A DNA stretch of 38,976 nucleotides from Dehalococcoidia bacterium (GCA_963666115.2 CAXXET010000005.1:1-38976), one strand, 5' to 3'; shown: positions 17,186 through 27,648, numbered from the stretch's first letter. Notes: generated by a model not told the origin, from the letters alone. A program made the numbers and translations.

Positions 17186-17267
17186 TGGGGAAGAGGAGAC
17201 TCGAACTCCTACGCCTTGCGGCACATGATCCTAAATCATGCTCGTCTGCCAGTTCCGACACTTCCCC
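17186..17267 (-). tRNA. tRNA-Leu (anticodon TAG)
   Basis: GGGGAAG/CTTCCCC acceptor stem, anticodon arm CATGA-TTTAGGA-TCATG, long variable arm, GTTCGAGTC T-loop; CCA not encoded. Confidence 0.95.
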
Positions 17268-17282
17268 TCTTCGTTCACCGTG

Positions 17283-17356
<74 letters not shown>

Positions 17357-17602
17357 TCAGCGAATACCTATTGTATGCGCGTTTCACGCGAATGACGACA
17401 GTCCGCCTCGGAATCTTCTCCTCCCCATGCGTCCATAACACCGACGCCACCACGCCTCCAAGCGTCATGGACATTGCGCGGACGGTAGCATACCCCCCGA
17501 TTCAGCGTCAAGCAGAACACCCCCGTTCACCCTGAGCCCAGTTGAAGGGTGAACCCTCACTCACCCGGCACCCTTTGCTATCATCATCCTTGGGTTGCCG
17601 CC

Positions 17603-18796
17603 ATGAAAAAGACCGTCAGCAATATCAATGTCTCCGACGCGCGCTGCCTCGTGCGCGTCGATTTCAACGTCCCCTTTGAGCCCGGAACCACCACCATCTC
17701 CGATGATTCCCGTATCCGCGCCGCGCTGCCCACCATCAACTACCTGCGTGAGCGCGGCGCCCGCGTCATCCTCGCCACTCACGTTGGCAGGCCCAGGGGC
17801 GTAGATGATTCACTCCGCGTTGCGCCGCTCGCTGAGCGGCTGTCCGAATTTCTCGCGTCCCCTGTCACCGTCGCACCCGATTCCGTTGGCGAGCAGGCTG
17901 AAAGCGTGGCCGCCGCGCTTGGCCCCGGCGATGTCCTCATGCTGGAAAACACGCGGTTCCATCCGCAAGAGGAACAGAACGACCCCGCCCACGCCGCCGC
18001 CCTGGCCCGCCTCGCGGACATCTTCGTGAACGATGCCTTCGGAACCGCCCACCGCGCCCACGCCTCCACGGAGGGCGTCGCCCACGTCCTGCCCGCCGTC
18101 GCCGGATTCCTGCTCGATAAGGAAATCCGCATGTTGGGCGGCATCCTGGAGTCGCCCCGCCGCCCGCTGGCAACCCTCATGGGCGGCGCAAAGGTTGGCG
18201 ACAAGATGGCCGTCATGGAGCGGCTGATCGAGAACGCGGATATGCTCATCGTCGGCGGCGGCATGGCCGCAGCATTCCTGGAGGCGCGCGGACTGCGAAC
18301 CGGCAAGAGCCTGCTCGAAGACGACGGGCCGCAGATGGCCGCGCGCATCGAAAGCGCCGCCAAGGCCCGCGGCATCCAGATGTTGATCCCCACCGACGTC
18401 GTGGTCGCCGCCGAACTCTCCGCAGGCGCCGAGGCGTCCGTCGTCAGCAGCTCGGCTATCCCGGACGACGCCATGCTGTTGGACATCGGCCCCGAAACCC
18501 GCGATGCCTACACCCGTGCGATGCGCCTCTGCCAGACCGTCCTCTGGAACGGCCCGATGGGCGTCTTTGAATATGAGCAGTTCGCGGGCGGCACCCGCGC
18601 CGTCGGCGAGAGCCTCGCCCAGCACGCCCGCGCCGGCGCGACCGTTATCGTCGGCGGCGGCTCCACCGCCGAATCAGTCGATTCCCTCGGCCTCGCCGAT
18701 GCCATGACCCACGTCTCCACCGGCGGGGGCGCAGCCCTCGAGTTCCTTGAAGGCCGCGCCCTCCCCGGCATAGCCGCCCTCCAGGACGCCGACTGA
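17603..18796 (+). CDS. pgk: Phosphoglycerate kinase
   Basis: VRVDFNVP, THVGRP, LENTRF, NDAFGTAHRAHAS, GGAKVGDK, WNGPMGVFE, HVSTGGGAALEFLEG. Confidence 0.98.
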   Translation: MKKTVSNINVSDARCLVRVDFNVPFEPGTTTISDDSRIRAALPTINYLRERGARVILATHVGRPRGVDDSLRVAPLAERLSEFLASPVTVAPDSVGEQAESVAAALGPGDVLMLENTRFHPQEEQNDPAHAAALARLADIFVNDAFGTAHRAHASTEGVAHVLPAVAGFLLDKEIRMLGGILESPRRPLATLMGGAKVGDKMAVMERLIENADMLIVGGGMAAAFLEARGLRTGKSLLEDDGPQMAARIESAAKARGIQMLIPTDVVVAAELSAGAEASVVSSSAIPDDAMLLDIGPETRDAYTRAMRLCQTVLWNGPMGVFEYEQFAGGTRAVGESLAQHARAGATVIVGGGSTAESVDSLGLADAMTHVSTGGGAALEFLEGRALPGIAALQDAD

Positions 18797-18821
18797 ATCC
18801 CGCTATACTATCCACACTGCC

Positions 18822-20039
18822 ATGGCTGACTTTGACCTCATCAAGAGCCTCGCCCGCACGACCGACACGAAGATCGTCCTGCTCGTCATGGACGGCCTCG
18901 GGGGCATCCCGCACCCCCGGACCCTCCGCACGGAGCTTGAGGACGCGCAGACGGACAACCTTGACCGCCTCGCCCGCGCCTCCCAGACCGGCCTCTCCAT
19001 CCCCGTCGCGCGCGGCATCACGCCCGGCAGCGGCCCCGGCCACCTCTCCCTCTTCGGCTACGACCCAATCAAGTACCTCATCGGGCGCGGCATCCTCGAA
19101 GCCCTGGGGCTGGAAATGGACGTCCGCGACGGCGACGTTGCCGCGCGCGGCAACTACTGCACGCTCGGCGACGACGGCACGATCACCGACCGCCGCGCCG
19201 GACGCATCTCCACCGACGTCAACCGCGAACTCACCGCCCGCCTCAGCGAGATTTCCCTCGACGGCGCGCAGCCAATCATCGACCCCGGGCGCGAGCACCG
19301 CATTGCCATGCTCTTCCGCCCCGAGGACGGAGGCCCTGAGCTCAGCGACGCCCTGACGGACAGCGACCCGCAGCGCGAGGGGCTGGCGCCGCTGAAAGTC
19401 CGGGCCGCGGAGCCCGGCGCCGAAAACACGGCCGCCATCATCAACACATTCCTCGAAGCGGCGGAGCGCGCCCTTGCGGACAGCCGCCCCGCCAACGGCA
19501 TCGTGCTGCGCGGGTTCTCCAAGACGCCGGACCTCCCGCAGATGTCCGACGTGTACGCCCTGAACCCCGCCGCCATCGCCGCCTATCCCATGTACCGCGG
19601 CCTGGCCAAACTCGTAGGCATGAACGTCGTCAAGACGGGCGAGACAATCGACGACGAGTTCCAGACCGCCCGCGACCTCTGGAACGACCACGATTTCTTT
19701 TTCATCCACTACAAGTACACGGACAGCGCGGGCGAGGACGGCGACTACGACGCCAAGGTGGCCGCCATTGAACGGCTTGACCGCGCCCTGCCCGCCCTGC
19801 TGGACCTGGAGCCCGACGTGCTGGTCGTGGCGGGCGACCACTCAACGCCAACAGCAATGGCGGCCCATAGTTGGCATCCGGTTCCCGTCATGATCAGGGC
19901 GCCCCACATCGCCGCCGGTTTCGCGGACTCGTTCACGGAGCGCGAGTGCGCGAAGGGAATGTTGGGAACCATGGCGGCGACGGATATCATGCCGCTCGCG
20001 CTCGCCAATGCCGGCAAGCTGGACAAGTTCGGCGCGTAG
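18822..20039 (+). CDS. apgM: 2,3-bisphosphoglycerate-independent phosphoglycerate mutase, archaeal (ApgM) type
   Basis: LLVMDGLGG, PGSGPGHLSLFGYDP, GRGILEALG, DRRAGRI, HYKYTDSAGEDG, GDHSTP, HSWHPVP. Confidence 0.93.
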   Translation: MADFDLIKSLARTTDTKIVLLVMDGLGGIPHPRTLRTELEDAQTDNLDRLARASQTGLSIPVARGITPGSGPGHLSLFGYDPIKYLIGRGILEALGLEMDVRDGDVAARGNYCTLGDDGTITDRRAGRISTDVNRELTARLSEISLDGAQPIIDPGREHRIAMLFRPEDGGPELSDALTDSDPQREGLAPLKVRAAEPGAENTAAIINTFLEAAERALADSRPANGIVLRGFSKTPDLPQMSDVYALNPAAIAAYPMYRGLAKLVGMNVVKTGETIDDEFQTARDLWNDHDFFFIHYKYTDSAGEDGDYDAKVAAIERLDRALPALLDLEPDVLVVAGDHSTPTAMAAHSWHPVPVMIRAPHIAAGFADSFTERECAKGMLGTMAATDIMPLALANAGKLDKFGA

Positions 20040-20063
20040 CGCCACCCAGGAGAGACAGTACCT

Positions 20064-20834
20064 ATGCCATCCGATCGAACGCCGCTGATCGCGGGCAACT
20101 GGAAGATGAACACCACGCTCGCGGAGGCGCGCATTCTCGCCTACAACGTCGTCCACATGGTCGGCGTTCCCAGGGGCGTGGACGTGGCCGTTTGCCCGCC
20201 CTTCGTCTCCCTCCCCATCGTTGCCGAGGCGTTGCGCGGATCGCCCGTCGCGCTTGGCGCGCAGAACCTGTACCCGGCGGAGTCCGGCGCGTACACGGGA
20301 GAGGTTGCGCCGAATATGCTGCAAGGGCTGTGCCGCTACGTGATCGTCGGCCACTCCGAGCGCCGCGCCTATTTCGCGGAGGCCGATGAGTTCGTCAATG
20401 CCAAGGTCCGCACAGCCCTCGAATACGACCTCACCCCGATCATGTGCGTCGGCGAAACCCTGCAGCAGCGGGAAGCAGGCGCAACCGAAGAGGTGCTCAG
20501 GACGCAAACAGCCGGCGGGCTGGCGGACATGGATGACGTGTCAACCGTCGTCATTGCGTATGAGCCCGTGTGGGCTATCGGCACGGGCGTCGCGGCAACC
20601 CCGGACGACGCGCGAGAGGGCATCGCCGTCATCCGCAACACGATTGCAGACGCCCGTGGGCAGGACGCCGCCGACTCCGTTCGCATCCTCTACGGCGGCT
20701 CGATGAACCCGGAGAACGTCGAATCCCTGCTAGCGGAGCCGGGCATCGACGGCGGGCTGATAGGCGGCGCGTCCCTCAACGCAGACCAGTTCATCGCGCT
20801 CGTGCGCGCGGCGGAACAACGCGAGCGCGAATAA
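20064..20834 (+). CDS. tpiA: Triosephosphate isomerase
   Basis: AGNWKMN, GAYTGE, GHSERR, AYEPVWAIGTG, LYGGS, GGLIGGASL. Confidence 0.98.
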   Translation: MPSDRTPLIAGNWKMNTTLAEARILAYNVVHMVGVPRGVDVAVCPPFVSLPIVAEALRGSPVALGAQNLYPAESGAYTGEVAPNMLQGLCRYVIVGHSERRAYFAEADEFVNAKVRTALEYDLTPIMCVGETLQQREAGATEEVLRTQTAGGLADMDDVSTVVIAYEPVWAIGTGVAATPDDAREGIAVIRNTIADARGQDAADSVRILYGGSMNPENVESLLAEPGIDGGLIGGASLNADQFIALVRAAEQRERE

Positions 20835-20898
20835 CGCGGGGTGGCCGCTCCTTACGGCTATACTGATTCCATGACAAACGCGAACGGAGCATAACAGC

Positions 20899-21900
20899 AT
20901 GTCCAACGGTTCTACCCTTCGTATCGGTCTCGTCGGCGCAGGCCGGTTTTCCCAACGGCGCGTCGTGCCGGAACTCGCAAAGGTTCCGGGCATCGAATTC
21001 GTCGCCGTCGCCAACAACAGCGCAGAATCCACCGCCCGCGTCGCCGAACAATTCAACGTCCCCACCCAGGTCTCCTCGTGGCAGGACGTCGTTTCCTCCC
21101 CGGACGTCGACCTCATTTTCAACGGCACTCAGGCCCCGCAGCACCGCGATATCCTGCTTGGCGCGCTGGAGAACGACAAGCATCTGCTGACGATGAATCC
21201 GTTGGCCATGACGGGCGCGGAGGGGCGTGAAATCGTGGCCGCGCTCGAGGCGCGCCCGCAGCTCAAGGCGCGGCAGTATCCGGCGTTTCCCGGCGGCCCC
21301 TACGACCGTGAGGATGCTCTTGTCCTGCGGCTGCTGGCTGCCGGGCGCATCGGGCGCGTGCTGAGCGCGGAGATGCGCTGGCATACCCCGTTCCTCGCCT
21401 TTGGCAGCTACTTTGACATCCTGAATCGCTGGCTTGGGCCGCACCGTCGCCTGCTGGTCGTCCGCAAGCAGCACGAGGTGGACAACCGGCGACTCGGCTT
21501 CTCCGCGATCGTCGCGGAGTTGGATGATGACGCCGCCGTGCGCTACGTGCATGACAACCTCGCGCCGAAAGCCGCGCAGAACGCCCACATCGCCCTCCAC
21601 GGCGAAGAGGGCACGATCCTGGTTGAAGGGTATCCTGCCGACCCGCTGTCATCCGTGCGCATCGCGTCCGGCGACGGCGAGGCTGAGGTCGTGCCGGTGC
21701 CGGATGACCTGCGGCAGGCGTATGAGGAAGAGCGGCGCGTCAATATCGAAGAGCAGTTCCTCGGATGGGTGATGGGCGGCGCGGAACCGACCCCGCTCCT
21801 CCTGACCTTGCAGCAGGGCCTGCAATCCATTGACGCTGCGGAGGCATTCGTCGCCTCCATGCGGCAGGGCGGCGCATGGATGGAGCTGCCGCAGGACTAG
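20899..21900 (+). CDS. Gfo/Idh/MocA family oxidoreductase (divergent)
   Basis: N-terminal LRIGLVGAGRF Rossmann motif, SWQDVVSSPDVD, H...ALENDKHLL; the usual EKP motif reads MNP. Confidence 0.75.
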   Translation: MSNGSTLRIGLVGAGRFSQRRVVPELAKVPGIEFVAVANNSAESTARVAEQFNVPTQVSSWQDVVSSPDVDLIFNGTQAPQHRDILLGALENDKHLLTMNPLAMTGAEGREIVAALEARPQLKARQYPAFPGGPYDREDALVLRLLAAGRIGRVLSAEMRWHTPFLAFGSYFDILNRWLGPHRRLLVVRKQHEVDNRRLGFSAIVAELDDDAAVRYVHDNLAPKAAQNAHIALHGEEGTILVEGYPADPLSSVRIASGDGEAEVVPVPDDLRQAYEEERRVNIEEQFLGWVMGGAEPTPLLLTLQQGLQSIDAAEAFVASMRQGGAWMELPQD

Positions 21901-21914
21901 GCCCGGTTTCTCGC

Positions 21915-22781
21915 ATGGGCTCGCCGGTCATTGCGCTTGTCGGGGCAACGGCGGTTGGAAAATCGGCTGCCGCAACAGCGCTCGCGAAACGCATTGGCGG
22001 TGAAATCATCAACGCCGACAGCCGCCAGGTCTACCGCGGCATGGCGATTGGCACGGGCGTGCCGTCCGAGCAAGAACGCGGCGGCGTGCCGCACCATCTC
22101 TACGGCATATCCGAGCCTGATGACGATTTTTCGCTGGGACGCTTTCTCGCCGCCGCCACGCGCGCCATAAGCGACATTCATGGACGCGGAAAGACGCCGG
22201 TGATCGTCGGAGGCACGGGGCAGTATGTCTGGGCATTGCTTGAGGGATGGAACGTTCCCGAGGTCGCGCCAAACCCGGACCTGCGCCAGGAGCTGATGGA
22301 GCGGGCCGAAACCGACGGGCGCGACGCACTGTACGAGGAACTCCTCGGCCTGGACCCCACCGCCGCAGAACTCATCCACCCCAACAACCTCATCCGCACC
22401 GTGCGCGCGCTCGAGGTAATTCAGACAACAGGGCGCCCGTTCTCTGAGCAGCGCACGCAAACCGCGCCGCCCTGGGACATCCGCATCATCGGCATCAGCA
22501 TGGAGCGCGGGGATCTGGACGCGCGCATCGAGCGGCGCGCCGACCGCCAATTGGAGTCCGGCTGGATCGACGAGGTCAAAAAACTGCTGGAGCAGGGCTA
22601 TTTGCCGTCGCTGTCGTCATTCCGCAGCATCGGCTACCGGGAGATAGCCGCGCATATTGACGGTCGAATGTCATTTGATGAGATGCGGCAAGCCATCGTC
22701 AGCAAGACGCGCCGGTTTGCGCGGACGCAGTTTGCGTGGTTCCGCGCGGATGATGAGCGGATACAGTGGGAGAGGGGATAA
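21915..22781 (+). CDS. miaA: tRNA dimethylallyltransferase
   Basis: GATAVGKS, NADSRQVYRGMAIGT, VPHHL, VGGTGQY, RALEV, SIGYRE, TRRFARTQFAWF. Confidence 0.96.
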   Translation: MGSPVIALVGATAVGKSAAATALAKRIGGEIINADSRQVYRGMAIGTGVPSEQERGGVPHHLYGISEPDDDFSLGRFLAAATRAISDIHGRGKTPVIVGGTGQYVWALLEGWNVPEVAPNPDLRQELMERAETDGRDALYEELLGLDPTAAELIHPNNLIRTVRALEVIQTTGRPFSEQRTQTAPPWDIRIIGISMERGDLDARIERRADRQLESGWIDEVKKLLEQGYLPSLSSFRSIGYREIAAHIDGRMSFDEMRQAIVSKTRRFARTQFAWFRADDERIQWERG

Positions 22782-22798
22782 CGAGGTATACTCTGGTT

Positions 22799-23674
22799 AT
22801 GAATTTCACGAAGATGCACGGCACGGGCAACGATTTCATCGTCGTCGAGGGTGGTCCGGCGGACGCAGACCGCACCGACTGGACGGCGGTGGCGCAGGAG
22901 GCGTGCAGCCGCCGGTTTGGCGTTGGCGCGGACGGCATCCTCGTCATTCGCCCCTCGGATGACGCCGCCCTCCGGATGCAGATATTCAACCCGGACGGCT
23001 CTGAGGCGGAGATGTGCGGCAACGGCATCCGCTGCGTCACCAAGTACGCGGTGGAGCGCGGGATCGTTGACAGTTCAGCCCTGCGCAACGAGGCCGGTTT
23101 GCCCATTGAGACGCTCGGCGGGCTGATGACCGTGTGGCCACAGAACGGCGGCGCATCGGGCGGGATCGAGGCGGTGCGCGTCGGAATGGGCGCCCCGATA
23201 CTTGAACCCCGCGACATCCCCGTCGCCCTTGACGCCCCCGCGCCCGTCCAGGAACACACCCTTGAGGTTCGCGGGCACACCCTGAGCCTGTCTTTCGTTT
23301 CCATGGGCAACCCGCACGCCATCGCGTTCATCGACACGCCCGTCGCGGACTTCCCGCTTGAGACCGTCGGCCCGCTGGTGGAGAACCACCCGCTCTTCCC
23401 GGAGCGCGTCAACTTTGAAATCGTCAACGTCAACTCGCGCGAATCCATCAACGTCCGCGTGTGGGAGCGCGGCGCGGGCCTCACCATGGCCTGCGGCACC
23501 GGCGCCTGCGCGACAGTCGTTGCGGCCAAGCTGGCAGGATTCGTAGACGACTGCGTGACCGTGGACCTCCCCGGCGGCCCGCTCACCATCGAGTGGGACG
23601 GCGGCGCGGACAGCCAGGTCTACATGACCGGCCCCGCCGCAACCGTCTATGCCGGGCGGCTGCTCACGGGCTAG
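22799..23674 (+). CDS. dapF: Diaminopimelate epimerase
   Basis: FTKMHGTGNDF, GVGADG, NPDGSEAEMCGNGIRC, SMGNPH, ERGAGLTMACGTGAC; TATACT 6 nt before the ATG. Confidence 0.97.
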   Translation: MNFTKMHGTGNDFIVVEGGPADADRTDWTAVAQEACSRRFGVGADGILVIRPSDDAALRMQIFNPDGSEAEMCGNGIRCVTKYAVERGIVDSSALRNEAGLPIETLGGLMTVWPQNGGASGGIEAVRVGMGAPILEPRDIPVALDAPAPVQEHTLEVRGHTLSLSFVSMGNPHAIAFIDTPVADFPLETVGPLVENHPLFPERVNFEIVNVNSRESINVRVWERGAGLTMACGTGACATVVAAKLAGFVDDCVTVDLPGGPLTIEWDGGADSQVYMTGPAATVYAGRLLTG

Positions 23675-24986
23675 GGCGCTTCGCGCTCTCCGCGCGCGTG
23701 TAGGTTCCCGCGAGCCGCGGGGGCAGCGCCGGCCGCTTCATGGTCAGGTACATGTACAGGGAGATACTCGCGAGCAGGCCAAGAGCGAGGAACGCCCAGC
23801 GGTATCCTTCCCCGCCGTACACGTCATACATGTAACCGGCAAAGACGGGCGCGAATATGCCGCCCAACGCCGTAAACGTGAATTGCAGGCCAAGGAGCTG
23901 CCCGTAAACCTGCCGACCAAAGAGTTCGCCAAGCAGGGCGGATCGGGGCGGGTTCCCCAGGCCAAAGCCCAAGCCGAAGAAGATGGCGAAGAGAAGGGCC
24001 GTGATTGGGTCTCGCGCCAGGAAGAGCAGTATGGCGCCGATGATCTGCATTGAGAACGAGACGGAAACGATCTTGCGCTTGTCATACATGTCGGCAAGGA
24101 TGCCGCCAAGGATGCGCGCCGGGAAACTGGACAGGGGGAGGACCGTCACCAGAACCGTCACCCACCACCTGGAGAAGCCAAACGAGTCCCACAGCACGAA
24201 CTGGTGAATGATGAACGCGCCGAAGAAGATAAAGCCAAACATATTCGCCACAACGTACTTCCAGTACGTCGTTGTCCGAACCGCCTCCCGCACCGTGAAC
24301 GTGGTATCCGCATAGCGGTCGTCTTGGTCCATGTCAGCGTATCGCGCCGCCTCTTCCTCGCTCATGCCGTCCGGCCTTAGGCCGTATTTCTCGGGAGCGT
24401 CGCGCATCATGAGGCCGAGCGGCAGTCCCACGATGAACGTCGTGATCCCCAGGTAGAACAGCGCATCCCTCCACTCGAAGAGGGCGATGAGGCCCACGAT
24501 GAGCGGCACAATCAGGGCGCTGACCCCCGCTCCATAGGACACGATGGCCATGGCCGTGCCGCGCCGCCGGATGAACCAGGCGTTCACGGCGGTGTTGACC
24601 GTGAGGAACGATCCGAACGCAAGGCCGAGCGCCATCACCGCGAAGGCGACGAAGAAGTGCCAGAGCTCCTGCACGAAGCTCAGTCCGATGAATCCGCAGC
24701 CCAGAATGAACATCCCGCCCAGCACGGACTTGCGCGGCCCGAAGCGGTCTGCCGCATAGCCGACAATGGGGCCAAAGAGGCCCTGCTCCATGCGCTGGAA
24801 CGCGAAGGCGAGCGACGCTACCCACGCGGGCCAGCCGAACTCGTCCAGGATCTCCGCAAAGAACGGTGAGAATCCGTAGAAGAACACGCCCGCCGTGTAG
24901 AACAGCACCCCGAAACTGGCAATCGCCAGCCACCACCCGTAGAAGACGCGGTTGGGGTGAATCAGGACCGATAATGCAGCGTTGAC
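23664..24986 (-). CDS. MFS transporter (start uncertain: GTC 24986 proposed, first canonical start is GTG 24908)
   Basis: Multi-TM protein with GYAADRFGPR and GILADMYDKR motifs and WFIRRRGTA; the frame continues upstream through VFYGWW. Confidence 0.88.
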   Translation of the reverse strand, partial: VNAALSVLIHPNRVFYGWWLAIASFGVLFYTAGVFFYGFSPFFAEILDEFGWPAWVASLAFAFQRMEQGLFGPIVGYAADRFGPRKSVLGGMFILGCGFIGLSFVQELWHFFVAFAVMALGLAFGSFLTVNTAVNAWFIRRRGTAMAIVSYGAGVSALIVPLIVGLIALFEWRDALFYLGITTFIVGLPLGLMMRDAPEKYGLRPDGMSEEEAARYADMDQDDRYADTTFTVREAVRTTTYWKYVVANMFGFIFFGAFIIHQFVLWDSFGFSRWWVTVLVTVLPLSSFPARILGGILADMYDKRKIVSVSFSMQIIGAILLFLARDPITALLFAIFFGLGFGLGNPPRSALLGELFGRQVYGQLLGLQFTFTALGGIFAPVFAGYMYDVYGGEGYRWAFLALGLLASISLYMYLTMKRPALPPRLAGTYTRAESAKRPSP

Positions 24987-25072
24987 GGCAACCTCCGGGC
25001 GGACGAGTCTTCACCCGCGAACGGGCGGGGCGATTGATTGTCAGTATAGCCCCGCCGCCCGCGTTGTGCGGC

Positions 25073-26362
25073 TTATGGCGCGGCGGGCGTCTGCGGCCTG
25101 GGGCGCGTGACGGTCAGCGTGAGCGGCACGGAGATGCTCAGTATCGCCGCAACCACCAGGAACCCGACGACGTAGCTTTCGGTGTGGTCGTAGAGCCAGC
25201 CGATGGCAATTGGCGACGCGATGGCGGGCAGCGAGGCGAGCCCCTGCTGGATGCCCGCCACGCGCCCGAATATCGCCAGTCCCCAGTACTCCGCCTGGAG
25301 CGCGAGCCTCACGGAGGATTGCGAGCCGATGGCGCTGCCCAGCAGGAACCCGGCAAGAATCGTCAGCCAGGGCACGGTGGACACGGGGATCAGCACAATC
25401 GCGATCCCCTGAACGGTGATGCCCACGGCCAGCACCACGCGCTTGTCCACGTAGTCGGCCACCGTTCCGGCGATGACGCGAATGGGAATGCTGGACGACG
25501 TTTGCCAGGCAAACATGAAGGCGATGAACTGCTTGGAATAGCCGTTTTCCTGGAGGATGAGCGCCTCGAACGTGATGATGGACCAGGACGCGCCGAGCAG
25601 CGCGCTGGCGATGACGTACTGCCAATAGCCGCGGCTGCGGAGAACATCCCGCAGTGAAAAATCCGCCTCCGGGAGAACGGCGGCGCGGGACGACGGCGCG
25701 GTTTCGCTTCCCGCAGGGTCGCCGCCGTCGGGGGCCATGCCGTAGTCCTGCGGCCTGTTGCGGATGAGGGGAATCAGCAGCATGCCCACCACCCAGAACC
25801 CCACGCCCGCGCCAAACAGAACGGAGCGCCACCCGAATTCCGGGATGATCCATGCCCACACGCCCGCCAACAGGCCGGACATCCCCGGCCCCACCAGCAT
25901 GATGCCGTTCGCGCGGCCCCGGTACCGGCGGAACCACGCGTTGATGGCCGCCGCCGTCACGGTGAACGAGCCCGCGCTGAGGCCGAACGCAAAGACGATG
26001 AAGACGCCGTAGTACTGCCAGATATTCTCGATCTGGCTCATCAACATGCAGCCGCCGCCCGCAACGAAATATCCGATGGCGAGCACCTTGCGCGCCCCAA
26101 ACCTGTCCACGAGATAGCCCGTGAGCGGCGCGCTGATGCCGGACTCCAGCCGCTGGAGCGACGGCCCGATGCCGGCCAATGCTTGAGACCACCCAAAATG
26201 CCTGACCATCGCGGCGAAGAAGTTGGAGAAGCCCCAGAAACCGATGCCGTCCGTGTACGCGGCGAGGCCCGTCCCCGCCAGCGTCACCCACCAGCCGTAG
26301 AAGACCTGCCGCGGATGCCGCGCGAACATCCACGCCGTCATAACCACCTTCTGCGCCATCAT
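25073..26362 (-). CDS. MFS transporter
   Basis: VFYGWW, GYLVDRFGAR, WFRRYRGRA, ADYVDKR; 12-TM-like hydropathy. Confidence 0.92.
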   Translation of the reverse strand: MMAQKVVMTAWMFARHPRQVFYGWWVTLAGTGLAAYTDGIGFWGFSNFFAAMVRHFGWSQALAGIGPSLQRLESGISAPLTGYLVDRFGARKVLAIGYFVAGGGCMLMSQIENIWQYYGVFIVFAFGLSAGSFTVTAAAINAWFRRYRGRANGIMLVGPGMSGLLAGVWAWIIPEFGWRSVLFGAGVGFWVVGMLLIPLIRNRPQDYGMAPDGGDPAGSETAPSSRAAVLPEADFSLRDVLRSRGYWQYVIASALLGASWSIITFEALILQENGYSKQFIAFMFAWQTSSSIPIRVIAGTVADYVDKRVVLAVGITVQGIAIVLIPVSTVPWLTILAGFLLGSAIGSQSSVRLALQAEYWGLAIFGRVAGIQQGLASLPAIASPIAIGWLYDHTESYVVGFLVVAAILSISVPLTLTVTRPRPQTPAAP

Positions 26363-27648
26363 GCCGCCGCGAGCCTCACTTCTTCAGGGGCGCCGCTTGT
26401 CGGTCGTGTCATCAGGAGCACCATGATGACGGCAAGCGCCAGGGGAATGACAACCGTCATGAACGCGATGCGGTAATCGTACGTGTCTGCGAGCCAACCC
26501 ACCACCACGGGAGAGATGAGGCCGCCAATCGCCCCTGCCCCAACCTGCAAGCCCATCAGTGAGCCGAAGATGCCGCGCCCCCAGTAGTCCCCCTGCAATG
26601 ACAGCCGCGCCGCGTTGCTGCCTCCCCATCCCGTGCCGTAGATCACCTCGAAGATGATCGCCACCCAGATGTTGGCGATGAAGACGAACAGGATGCCCCC
26701 CGCCAGTTGAAAGCTCAGCATCGTCGCCACGACAAGCCTCTTGTCGAATCTATCGGCCAGCGCGCCGGAAAAGAAACGCATCGGGATGCTCGCGACCGTG
26801 AAGACAACGACCATCGCGCCCGCCGTCTCCATGGAAAAGCCGTAGCTGACGAGCGCGGGAATATGATGCACGACCATCGCCGTGATGGCCACTTGCTGCA
26901 TTGAGAGAGCGGCGACATACAGCAAGTATGACCGACTCAGCAGGATTGAGCGCACCGCTCCGGGGGAAGGCTCGGCCGTCTCTCCGGGTTGCCCTGGTTC
27001 AGCGCTGTCCGCCTCCGGCGGATCGCCGTCCATACGCAGGCCGTAGTGCTCCGGTCGCCGCCTGAGAACCATCGCGAGCGGGATGCACGTTATCCACGTG
27101 CCGATGCCGGTGAACAGCGCGGCGTCGCGCCAGCCGTACTCGCGTATCAGGACAACAAGCAGCGCCGTGATGATGCCCGCAAAGCCCGGGCCCATGAACG
27201 TCAGGCCCAGCGCCTTGCCGCGGTTGCGCAGGAACCAGTTGCTGACGGCAGTCGCCACCATCACGTAGGATGTCGCGCCCATGCCGCTGCCGATGAGGAT
27301 GAACGCAACGTAGTAGTGCCAGGCGTGCTCGACGCGGCTCAGCACGATGAATCCCGCCCCGCCGCTGAACATCGCCGCCGCCGTCACCAGGCGGGGCCCG
27401 AATCGGTCCGTGAGCGCCCCGATAGTCGGACTCAGGATCGCCGTAAACACGGCCATCATTGCGGGGCCGCGTGAGACCTGCTCGCGCGTCCAGTTCAGAT
27501 CGAGTCGGATGCTGTCGAAGAACGCGCTGAACCCAAAGAAGCTGACGCCCGTCGTATAGAACATCAAATAAAGCCCGGACAGCGCCATCCACCACCCATA
27601 AAAAAGCCGCGGACGCCGCCGCCGCGTCCCTGAAACATCGGCAGTCAT
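26359..27648 (-). CDS. MFS transporter
   Basis: LFYGWW, GALTDRFGPR, WFLRNRGKA, GALADRFDKR; ATGA overlaps with both neighbours. Confidence 0.92.
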   Translation of the reverse strand: MTADVSGTRRRRPRLFYGWWMALSGLYLMFYTTGVSFFGFSAFFDSIRLDLNWTREQVSRGPAMMAVFTAILSPTIGALTDRFGPRLVTAAAMFSGGAGFIVLSRVEHAWHYYVAFILIGSGMGATSYVMVATAVSNWFLRNRGKALGLTFMGPGFAGIITALLVVLIREYGWRDAALFTGIGTWITCIPLAMVLRRRPEHYGLRMDGDPPEADSAEPGQPGETAEPSPGAVRSILLSRSYLLYVAALSMQQVAITAMVVHHIPALVSYGFSMETAGAMVVVFTVASIPMRFFSGALADRFDKRLVVATMLSFQLAGGILFVFIANIWVAIIFEVIYGTGWGGSNAARLSLQGDYWGRGIFGSLMGLQVGAGAIGGLISPVVVGWLADTYDYRIAFMTVVIPLALAVIMVLLMTRPTSGAPEEVRLAAA

